Source: Stellaceae bacterium
GTDB taxonomy: Bacteria > Pseudomonadota > Alphaproteobacteria > ATCC43930 > CGMCC-115725
Assembly (NCBI GenBank): GCA_035632055.1
Contig: DASQHO010000062.1
Location: forward strand, 1,515-65,514
Length of the DNA: 64,000 nt
Reading direction: 5' to 3'
The notes beneath the pieces are model-generated. The model was not told where the DNA came from, made no database searches, and saw only the letters and a program-made list of their open reading frames with translations. The position numbers and the translations under genes were made by a program. This document shows, one piece after another, positions 56,608 to 64,000 of this stretch; within the stretch, counting starts at the first letter, position 1; every line of letters starts with the position of its first letter.

Positions 56608-58119
56608 TCACCGTTGCGCCAGCGCGGTGGCCGCCGCGCGCTGCGAAACCTGGACCCGCTCGATCAAATTGGCGATCGAAGGCTGCATCGGCTTCAAGAA
56701 CGAAGTCGGATAGATACCCATCCACAACACCACCGCGATCATCGGCGCGAATACCAGGACCTCGCGCGGATTGAGATCGGTCATGGCGCGAACGTCGGCG
56801 TGGGTGATCTTCTCGAAGATGATACGGCGATAGAGCCACAGCATGTAGGCCGCGCCCAGGATCACGCCGATCATGCCGAAGAACGCGACCCAGGTATTGA
56901 CCTGAAAGGCGCCGATCATCGACAGGAACTCGCCGACGAAGCCGCTGGTGCCCGGCAGGCCGACCGAAGCCAGCATGAAGACCATGAAGGCGCAGGCGTA
57001 TTTCGGCATGTTCTCGGCGAGGCCGCCATAGCGCGCGATCTCGCGCGTGTGCAACCGGTCGTAGATTACGCCGACGCAGAGGAAGAGCGCGGCCGAGACG
57101 ACGCCGTGGCTCAGCATCTGGATCATCGCGCCCTGCAAGCCCTCGGGCGTCACGGTGAAGATTCCGATCGTCACAAAGCCCATATGGGCCACCGACGAAT
57201 AGGCGATCAGCTTCTTCATGTCCTCCTGCGCCAGCGCCACCAGTGACGTGTAGATGATGGCCACGACCGACAGCGTGAACACGAACGGCGCGAAATACGC
57301 GGAGGCCTCGGGGAACATCGGCAGCGAGAAGCGGATGAAACCGTAGCCGCCCAGCTTCAGCAGCACGCCGGCCAGGATCACCGAGCCCGCCGTCGGCGCC
57401 TCGACATGCGCGTCGGGCAACCAGGTGTGGAACGGCCACATCGGCACCTTGACCGCAAACGACGCAAAGAAGGCGAGCCACAGCCAGGGCTGCAGCGCCG
57501 AGGGGAAGTTGAACGCCAGCGCTTCGGGAATATCGGCAGTGCCGGTGACGAAATAGATGGCGAGGATCGCCAACAGCGACAACACCGAACCCAGCAGCGT
57601 GTAGAGGAAGAACTTGAACGCGGAGTAGACCCGGCGCGGCCCGCCCCACACGCCGATGATCAGGAACATCGGCACAAGCACGCCCTCGAAGAAGACGTAG
57701 AACAGGATGAAGTCGAGTGCGCAAAAGATGCCGACCATCATCGTTTCGAGCGCGAGGAAGGCGATCATGTATTCCTTCACCCGGCGCTGAATCGCAGTCC
57801 AGCTGGCGATGATGCAGATTGGCGTCAGGAACGTCGACAACAGGACGAAGAACAGCGAGATGCCGTCGACGCCCATGTGATAGCCGATGTTGAAATCGGG
57901 CAGCCAATCGGCCTGCTCGACGAGCTGGAAGTCGGAGCGTCCCGGATCGAAATTCGCCCACACCGCGAGCGACACGGCGAAGACGATCAGCGACGTCCAC
58001 AGCGCGATCCAGCGCGCATTGCGCGCCACGCTCTGCTCGTCGCCGCGCAGCACCAGGATGGCGGCGACGCCCGCCAGCGGCAGGAACGTGGTGAGGGACA
58101 GAAGGGGCCAGTGCGCCAT
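56608..58119 (-). CDS. nuoM: NADH-quinone oxidoreductase subunit M
   Basis: Start chosen at MAHWPLLSLTTFLPLAG. An alternative ATG at 58128 overlaps the nuoL stop. Confidence 0.93.
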   Translation of the reverse strand: MAHWPLLSLTTFLPLAGVAAILVLRGDEQSVARNARWIALWTSLIVFAVSLAVWANFDPGRSDFQLVEQADWLPDFNIGYHMGVDGISLFFVLLSTFLTPICIIASWTAIQRRVKEYMIAFLALETMMVGIFCALDFILFYVFFEGVLVPMFLIIGVWGGPRRVYSAFKFFLYTLLGSVLSLLAILAIYFVTGTADIPEALAFNFPSALQPWLWLAFFASFAVKVPMWPFHTWLPDAHVEAPTAGSVILAGVLLKLGGYGFIRFSLPMFPEASAYFAPFVFTLSVVAIIYTSLVALAQEDMKKLIAYSSVAHMGFVTIGIFTVTPEGLQGAMIQMLSHGVVSAALFLCVGVIYDRLHTREIARYGGLAENMPKYACAFMVFMLASVGLPGTSGFVGEFLSMIGAFQVNTWVAFFGMIGVILGAAYMLWLYRRIIFEKITHADVRAMTDLNPREVLVFAPMIAVVLWMGIYPTSFLKPMQPSIANLIERVQVSQRAAATALAQR

Positions 58120-58124
58120 CGCAA

Positions 58125-60056
58125 TCATCCCATCTGCCGCAGCACGTACCACGACACCAGCACCACCGCGCCGACGAACATGGCGAAGACATAATGATAG
58201 AGATAGCCGGTCTGGAAACGGCTCAGCACCGCCGCCATGCCGCGCGTCATCTTGGCGAAGCCGTCAGGACCGAAGCCGTCGATCACCGCGCCGTCGCCGT
58301 CCTTCCATAGCCGGACGCCGAACCACATCGCCGGCCGGACGATGACCGCGTCATAGAGCTCGTCGACGTACCACTTGTTGAGCAGGAAGAGGTAAATCGG
58401 CCGGAAATAGTGAGCGAACCACGCGGGGATACCCGTATTGACGATGTACGCGACCCAGGCGATGAAGATGCCGGCAATACCCATCGCCAGCGGCAGCTTC
58501 GACACCCAGAACGGCACGTGTTCGGCGCCGCCAACCGTGTCGTGGCCCGGCAGCACCAGGATCGAATCGCCCCAGAACGCTTCGCGGCCCTCGCCGACCA
58601 GCCAGTGATAGCCGATCATGCCGGCGAACAATGCACCGGCTGCCAGCACCACCAGCGGCAGGATCATCACCGGCGGCGATTCATGGACGTGCGCCATGAC
58701 TTCGCGCGTGGCGCGCGGCTTGCCATGGAAGGTCATGAAAATCAGCCGCCATGAATAGAAGGCGGTAAGGAAGGCGGCGAAAGTGCCGAGCCAGTAGGCG
58801 TAATGGCCGACATCGGTGCCGGCCGCCCACGAAGCTTCGAGGATCGTGTCCTTGGAATAATAGCCGGCGAACGGCCAGATGCCGCCGAGCGCCAAGCTGC
58901 CGATCCACATCAGGACATAGGTCGCCGGAATGAGCGAACGCAATCCGCCCATCTTGCGCATGTCCTGTTCGCCCGACATCGCGTGGATCACCGAGCCCGC
59001 GCCGAGGAACAGCAGCGCCTTGAAGAAAGCGTGTGTCAGCAGGTGGAACATCGCCGCGCCATAGGCCGAAACGCCGGCGGCGAAAAACATGTAGCCGAGC
59101 TGACTGCAGGTCGAATAGGCGATGACGCGCTTGATGTCGTTCTGCGCCATGCCGATGGTCGCGGCGAACATCGCGGTCGAGCCCCCGACCACCACGACGA
59201 CGGCGAGCGCTGTCGGCGAGTACTCGAACAGCGGCGACAGCCGCGCCAGCATGAACACGCCTGCGGTGACCATGGTCGCGGCATGGATCAAGGCCGAAAC
59301 CGGCGTCGGGCCTTCCATCGCGTCCGGCAGCCAGGTGTGCAGGCCGAGCTGGGCCGATTTGCCCATCGCGCCTACGAACAGCAGGATGCACGTGATGGTC
59401 AGCGCATCGACCTGGTGGCCGAGGAAGCCGATCGTGTGGTGCGAGGCGTCGGGCGCGGCGGCGAAAACAGTATCGAACTGCAGCGAGCCGAAGATCAGGT
59501 AGACCGCGAAGATGCCGAGCGCGAAACCGAAATCACCGACGCGATTGACGACAAACGCCTTGATCGCGGCCGCGTTGGCGGTCGGACGGTCGTACCAAAA
59601 TCCGATCAGCAAATATGACGCGAGACCGACACCTTCCCAGCCGAAGAATAGCTGAACGAAATTGTCGCTGGTCACCAGCACCAGCATGAAGAAGGTGAAC
59701 AGCGACAGGTACGACATGAAGCGCGGCACCGATTTGTCGTGTGCCATGTAGCCGACGGAATAGATGTGCACCATGGCCGACACCAAGGTGACCATCGCCA
59801 CCATGACCGCCGACAACGTGTCGTAGCGCAGCGCCCAATGGACTTCGAGATCGCCGGCGTTGATCCAGGTCAGCAGCTCGATCGTCCGCGCGTGGCCGCC
59901 GAAGGCGACGTTCCAGAACACGATCGCGCCGAGCACCGCGGAGACGACGAGCGCCAGGCAGGTGACGAGCTGCGCGCCGCGATCGCCGATCCAGCGGCCG
60001 AAGAAGCCGGCGATGAAGGCCGCGATCAGCGGCAGGAATACGGCGGCGACGTGCAT
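58125..60056 (-). CDS. nuoL: NADH-quinone oxidoreductase subunit L
   Basis: 643-aa antiporter-like subunit in the expected order. Confidence 0.95.
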   Translation of the reverse strand: MHVAAVFLPLIAAFIAGFFGRWIGDRGAQLVTCLALVVSAVLGAIVFWNVAFGGHARTIELLTWINAGDLEVHWALRYDTLSAVMVAMVTLVSAMVHIYSVGYMAHDKSVPRFMSYLSLFTFFMLVLVTSDNFVQLFFGWEGVGLASYLLIGFWYDRPTANAAAIKAFVVNRVGDFGFALGIFAVYLIFGSLQFDTVFAAAPDASHHTIGFLGHQVDALTITCILLFVGAMGKSAQLGLHTWLPDAMEGPTPVSALIHAATMVTAGVFMLARLSPLFEYSPTALAVVVVVGGSTAMFAATIGMAQNDIKRVIAYSTCSQLGYMFFAAGVSAYGAAMFHLLTHAFFKALLFLGAGSVIHAMSGEQDMRKMGGLRSLIPATYVLMWIGSLALGGIWPFAGYYSKDTILEASWAAGTDVGHYAYWLGTFAAFLTAFYSWRLIFMTFHGKPRATREVMAHVHESPPVMILPLVVLAAGALFAGMIGYHWLVGEGREAFWGDSILVLPGHDTVGGAEHVPFWVSKLPLAMGIAGIFIAWVAYIVNTGIPAWFAHYFRPIYLFLLNKWYVDELYDAVIVRPAMWFGVRLWKDGDGAVIDGFGPDGFAKMTRGMAAVLSRFQTGYLYHYVFAMFVGAVVLVSWYVLRQMG

Positions 60057-60057
60057 C

Positions 60058-60369
60058 TCAGCCTTTCATCCGATTGATGTCTTCGACCGCGATGGTGCCG
60101 CGGTTGCGGAAATAGACGACGAGAATGGCGAGGCCAATCGCCGCTTCGGCCGCCGCCACGGTCAGCACGAACATGGCAAAGACCTGGCCGACAAGGTCGT
60201 GCAGAAACGACGAGAAGGCGACGAAGTTGATGTTTACCGCCAGCAACATCAGCTCGACCGACATCAGGATGATGATGACGTTCTTGCGGTTCAAAAAGAT
60301 GCCGAAGACGCCGAGCGTGAACAGGATGGCGGCGACGGTGAGGTAATGCGCGAGGCCGATCTGCAGCAT
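60058..60369 (-). CDS. nuoK: NADH-quinone oxidoreductase subunit K
   Basis: 103 aa with 3 TM helices. Confidence 0.93.
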   Translation of the reverse strand: MLQIGLAHYLTVAAILFTLGVFGIFLNRKNVIIILMSVELMLLAVNINFVAFSSFLHDLVGQVFAMFVLTVAAAEAAIGLAILVVYFRNRGTIAVEDINRMKG

Positions 60370-60977
60370 CAGACACCCTCCCCCGGCCGCACTTTGACGA
60401 TCTCGAGCGTGTCTTCGCGGCGGCGCGAAACCTGGCGTGCGATGCGCTGGCGGCGGGTGTCAGGCCGCGACCGGTGGGTCAGCACGATGGCGCCGATCAT
60501 CGCCACCAGCAGGACGGCGCCGGCGGTCTGGAATGCGTAGACGTAATGCGTATAGAGCAGCGCGCCGAGTGCGGCGGTGTTGCTCAGCGTGCTCGGCGTC
60601 GGTGCAACCGCGGCTTGCAGCGCGCCCGGCGCCGCCACCCATGCGCCGAACATCAGGATCAGTTCAGCCAGCAGGATGAGGCCGATCAGCGCGCCGATCG
60701 GCAGGTATTGCAGGAAACCTTGGCGCAGCTCGACGAAGTTAATGTCGAGCATCATCACCACGAACAGGAACAGCACGGCGACTGCGCCGACATAGACAAT
60801 GACCAGGATCATCGCCAGGAACTCGGCGCCAAGCAACACGAACAGGCCAGCAGCGTTGAAGAACGCCAGGATCAGGAATAGCACCGAGTGCACCGGGTTG
60901 CGCGCCGAGATCACCATCACGCCCGAGGCGATGGCGACAGCGGCAAAGCTGTAGAAGGCGAGCGCCTGGATGATCAT
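60369..60977 (-). CDS. nuoJ: NADH-quinone oxidoreductase subunit J
   Basis: 202 aa in the expected order. Confidence 0.9.
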   Translation of the reverse strand: MIIQALAFYSFAAVAIASGVMVISARNPVHSVLFLILAFFNAAGLFVLLGAEFLAMILVIVYVGAVAVLFLFVVMMLDINFVELRQGFLQYLPIGALIGLILLAELILMFGAWVAAPGALQAAVAPTPSTLSNTAALGALLYTHYVYAFQTAGAVLLVAMIGAIVLTHRSRPDTRRQRIARQVSRRREDTLEIVKVRPGEGV

Positions 60978-60987
60978 GCGCGGCGGC

Positions 60988-61482
60988 TCAGCGATATGGC
61001 GCGTCGAGCGCGAGGTTTTCGGCGATTTCCGCTTCCCAGCGGTCGCCGTTGGCCAGCAATTTGGCCTTGTCGTAGAACAGCTCTTCGCGCGTCTCGGCTG
61101 CGAACTCGAAGTTCGGCCCTTCGACGATGGCGTCGACCGGGCAGGCCTCCTGGCACAAGCCGCAATAGATGCACTTGGTCATGTCGATGTCGTAGCGCGT
61201 CGTGCGCCGGCTGCCGTCTTCGCGCGGCTCGGCTTCGATGGTGATCGCAAGCGCCGGGCACACCGCCTCGCACAGCTTGCAGGCGATGCACCGCTCCTCG
61301 CCGTTGGGATAGCGCCGTAGCACATGTTCGCCGCGGAAGCGCGGGCTCAGCGGCCCCTTCTCGTAAGGGTAATTCACGGTCACCGGACGCTTGAACATAT
61401 AGGTGAGCGTCAACCACAGGCCCGAGATGAGCTCGGTCAGCAGCAGGCTATAGGCGTGGCGATCGATGCGTCCCATGGCCAT
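60988..61482 (-). CDS. nuoI: NADH-quinone oxidoreductase subunit I
   Basis: Two 4Fe-4S motifs, [12 protein letters not shown] and [12 protein letters not shown]. Confidence 0.95.
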   Translation of the reverse strand: MAMGRIDRHAYSLLLTELISGLWLTLTYMFKRPVTVNYPYEKGPLSPRFRGEHVLRRYPNGEERCIACKLCEAVCPALAITIEAEPREDGSRRTTRYDIDMTKCIYCGLCQEACPVDAIVEGPNFEFAAETREELFYDKAKLLANGDRWEAEIAENLALDAPYR

Positions 61483-61485
61483 CTC

Positions 61486-62496
61486 CTAAGCCGGAATCCA
61501 CCCGGTGAACACCAGGAAGGCTGCGGTGGCGGCGAGCCAGGCGAGCGACAAGGGCAGGAACACTTTCCAGCCAAGCCGCATCAGCTGATCGTAGCGGTAG
61601 CGCGGCATGGTGGCGCGCACCCACAGGAAGCAGAACAGCACGAAGGCAATCTTGGCGAAGAACCAGATCGGACCCGGAATCCAGGTAAAGGGCGCGACGC
61701 CGAACGGCGCCAGCCAGCCGCCGAGGAACAGGATGCTGGTCATTGCGCTCATCAGGATCATGTTGGCGTATTCGCCGAGGTAGAAGAGCGCGAAAGTCAT
61801 CGACGAATATTCGACGAAGAAGCCAGCGACCAGTTCCGACTCGCCTTCCGGCAGATCGAACGGCGAACGGTTGGTCTCCGCCAAACCCGAGATGAAGAAG
61901 ACGACGAACATCGGGAACAGCGGCAAGCAAAACCATACCGTCTTCTGCGCTTCGACGATGTCGCTCAGATTGAGCGAGCCGACACACAGCAGCACCGAGA
62001 CGATGACGAAGCCGATCGAGACTTCGTACGACACCATCTGCGCCGCCGAACGCAAGCCGCCAAGGAAGGCATAGCGCGAATTCGACGACCAGCCGGCCAT
62101 GATGATCCCGTAGACGCCGAGCGACGAGATCGCGAACAGATAAAGGATGCCGACATTGATGTTGGCCAGAACGACGCCGGCGTCGAATGGGATGACCGCC
62201 CAGGCGATCAGGCTGAGCACGAAGGTGATGATCGGGGCGGCGACGAAGACGACGCGGTTGGCGCCGGCCGGAATCACCGTTTCCTTCATCAGCAGCTTGA
62301 GACCGTCGGCCAGCGGCTGGAACAGGCCGAACGGACCGACCACGTTGGGGCCTTTTCTGAGCTGCGCCGCCGCCAGGACCTTGCGCTCGGCATAGGTCAA
62401 ATAGGCGACCGCCAGCAACAATGGCACGATGATCGCCAGGATCTCGGCGACAGTGATCGCGGTTGGCAGACCGTAGCTGTGCCAGAGCTCAACCAT
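61486..62496 (-). CDS. nuoH: NADH-quinone oxidoreductase subunit H
   Basis: Starts at [10 protein letters not shown]...[34 protein letters not shown]. It overlaps the nuoG stop by 8 nt. Confidence 0.95.
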   Translation of the reverse strand: MVELWHSYGLPTAITVAEILAIIVPLLLAVAYLTYAERKVLAAAQLRKGPNVVGPFGLFQPLADGLKLLMKETVIPAGANRVVFVAAPIITFVLSLIAWAVIPFDAGVVLANINVGILYLFAISSLGVYGIIMAGWSSNSRYAFLGGLRSAAQMVSYEVSIGFVIVSVLLCVGSLNLSDIVEAQKTVWFCLPLFPMFVVFFISGLAETNRSPFDLPEGESELVAGFFVEYSSMTFALFYLGEYANMILMSAMTSILFLGGWLAPFGVAPFTWIPGPIWFFAKIAFVLFCFLWVRATMPRYRYDQLMRLGWKVFLPLSLAWLAATAAFLVFTGWIPA

Positions 62497-64000
62497 GCGT
62501 GCCCGTCCGTGCGGCGCCGCCAAACTCCGCCGCACACTCCGCCATGGTCGGCGAGGCGCGGCTGATCGGATCGGTTCGGTAATAATCGGCGATCGGATAG
62601 GCGAACGGCTCGCGCTCGATGCGGCCGTCCTGGCCGAACTTGCCCCACACCGAGCGTGGCGTCTCGTCGAGCCGGCCGAAGACGGGGTTGACCTCGGCCA
62701 AGCGGCGGCGCACGGCGCGCAGATTATCGTAGGGCAGCTTGCGGCCGAGCACTTCGGACAACGCGCGCAGGATCGTCCAGTCGTCGCGCGCCTCGCCCGG
62801 CGGAAAGATGGCGCGGCGGCCATGCTGCACGCGGCCTTCGGTATTGACGTAAGTCGCGTCTTTCTCGGTGTAAGCGGCGCCCGGCAGCACGACGTCAGCG
62901 CGATGCGCGCCAGCGTCGCCATGGTGGCCCTGATAGATGACGAAGGCCTTACCCAGGCGTTTCATGTCGAGCTCGTCAGCACTGAGCAGATAGACGAATT
63001 CGATCTCGCCTTTCTCGCAGCCCGCCAGGATACCGGCAGTGTCGCGGCCGCCCGCCTGCGGCACGAAGCCCAGATCGAGGCCGCCGACACGCGCCGCCGC
63101 GGTGTGGAGCACGTTGAAGCCATTCCAGTCCTCGCGCACCAAGCCGGCGGTTTCGGCCAGCGCCCGCGCCAGATGCAGGATCGCGGCGCCGTCGCGGCGA
63201 CGGAGCGCACCCTGCCCCAGGATGAGCATCGGCTTCTTCGCCGCCTTGAGCGTCTCGACGAATTTATGCTTGCCAGCGACGAGGTCCGCCAGCGTCTCGG
63301 GCCCGGCGCCGAGCCACTCGACCGGATAGGTCAGCTCGCGCGGTGCACCGATGCCGGCGACCTTGAAGCCGCCCTGGAGCCAGCGCTTGCGCATCCGGGC
63401 GTTGATGATCGGCGCTTCCCAGCGCGGATGCGTGCCAATCAACAAGCAGGAGTCGGCTTCCTCAATGCCGGCGATGCCGGTGTTGAAGAGATAGCCAGCG
63501 CGGCAGGCAGGATCGAGCGCCGCGCCGTCCTGCCGGCAATCGACATGCGGCGAGCCCAACGCAGCCATCAGCTCCTTGAGCGCCAGCATCGATTCACAGT
63601 CGGCGAGATCGCCCGCGAGTGCAGCCATGCGGCTGCCAGCAACCCCCTTGAGCCGCGCCGTGATAGCGGTGAACGCGTCGTGCCACGTCGCCTCGACGAG
63701 TTTGCCGTCCTTGCGGACATAGGGCATATCGAGCCGGCGCTTGGTCAGGCCGTCGAGCGCGAAGCGCGTCTTGTCGGCGATCCATTCCTCGTTGATCGCC
63801 TCGTTGAGTCGCGGCAGCACGCGCAGCACCTGGCCGCTGCGTGCATCGACGCGGATGTTCGAGCCGACGGCATCGAGCACGTCAACGCTTTCGGTCTTGG
63901 TCAGCTCCCACGGCCGCGCGACGAAGGCATAGGGCTTCGCAGTCAGCGCGCCGACCGGGCAGAGATCGACGATGTTGGCCGAGAGCTCCGACGACAGCGT
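62489..64000 (-). CDS. nuoG: NADH-quinone oxidoreductase subunit G; N-terminus outside the window
   Basis: The frame stays open to the window end. It reads ...[40 protein letters not shown]... Confidence 0.93.
   Translation of the reverse strand, partial: TLSSELSANIVDLCPVGALTAKPYAFVARPWELTKTESVDVLDAVGSNIRVDARSGQVLRVLPRLNEAINEEWIADKTRFALDGLTKRRLDMPYVRKDGKLVEATWHDAFTAITARLKGVAGSRMAALAGDLADCESMLALKELMAALGSPHVDCRQDGAALDPACRAGYLFNTGIAGIEEADSCLLIGTHPRWEAPIINARMRKRWLQGGFKVAGIGAPRELTYPVEWLGAGPETLADLVAGKHKFVETLKAAKKPMLILGQGALRRRDGAAILHLARALAETAGLVREDWNGFNVLHTAAARVGGLDLGFVPQAGGRDTAGILAGCEKGEIEFVYLLSADELDMKRLGKAFVIYQGHHGDAGAHRADVVLPGAAYTEKDATYVNTEGRVQHGRRAIFPPGEARDDWTILRALSEVLGRKLPYDNLRAVRRRLAEVNPVFGRLDETPRSVWGKFGQDGRIEREPFAYPIADYYRTDPISRASPTMAECAAEFGGAARTGTHG

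Noticed and set aside
61324-62565. 413-aa plus-strand ORF antisense to nuoH and nuoI. The same type occurs at 50059-51222 (anti-mmsA), 52356-53501 (anti-rnj), 56578-58194 (anti-nuoM) and 58803-59618 (anti-nuoL).
   Set aside because: All lie opposite highly conserved housekeeping genes and have Arg/Asp/His-rich low-complexity translations.
1-64000. Scanned for CRISPR arrays, tRNA/rRNA genes, transposases, integrases, phage genes and known defence modules
   Set aside because: I found none. There are no regularly spaced repeats of 25-40 nt and no cloverleaf-like intergenic sequences. No ORF shows DDE, tyrosine-recombinase or serine-recombinase hallmarks. This is an eye scan only, so tRNAscan, ISfinder or PADLOC-type tools should confirm it.

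Overview
This is a GC-rich chromosomal segment (roughly two-thirds G+C by eye, not computed). Gene content and order fit an alphaproteobacterium of the Hyphomicrobiales/Rhizobiales type; that assignment is an inference from synteny and protein motifs, with no database search run.

About 65 protein genes are tightly packed, and many neighbours share 1-, 4- or 8-nt start/stop overlaps. In order, the window holds:
- the nrdJ 3' end, a thioesterase, RidA, a DUF482/GNAT-like protein and an AlkA-like glycosylase
- clpS-clpA, a phasin and a PBP5-type carboxypeptidase with a SPOR domain
- phosphomannomutase-galU
- a VWA protein plus a membrane J-domain protein
- a WtpA/ModBC-type oxyanion ABC transporter, DedA, a TPP enzyme and an FTR1 iron permease
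- a divergent biotin locus (bioB-bioA and bioF-bioD) that runs without a stop codon into a formyltransferase-like ORF, then a Rieske oxygenase alpha/beta pair and an orphan solute-binding protein
- a NitT/TauT-type ABC transporter, a lone CoxL-like molybdenum hydroxylase subunit and a PNPOx-like protein
- gmd-fcl, divergent from a GT2-GtrA fusion, then hspQ
- dnaE, a small-gene islet, lolCD, proS, a purine permease, tag and a DUF1467 gene
- mmsA, mce, RNase J, coaX, birA and nuoN back to nuoG (truncated at the window edge)

I saw no rRNA, tRNA, CRISPR array, transposase, integrase, phage gene or recognisable defence gene. I therefore read this as mostly core genome and cannot point to a clear new multi-gene system.

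The observations most worth a second look are:
1. Two short, atypical non-coding blocks (38082-38300 next to dnaE, 48891-49139 next to tag). Each is bracketed by collinear direct repeats that copy the 3' end or terminator region of the neighbouring gene. They look like insertion or integration footprints.
2. The bioD/formyltransferase-like in-frame fusion and the co-directional Rieske module appended to the bio operon.
3. Four helically phased 11-bp GTAC repeats in a divergent promoter (42529-42569).
4. Candidate operators upstream of the FTR1 permease and the phasin gene.

All functional calls come from motif recognition and recall of protein families, not from searches.
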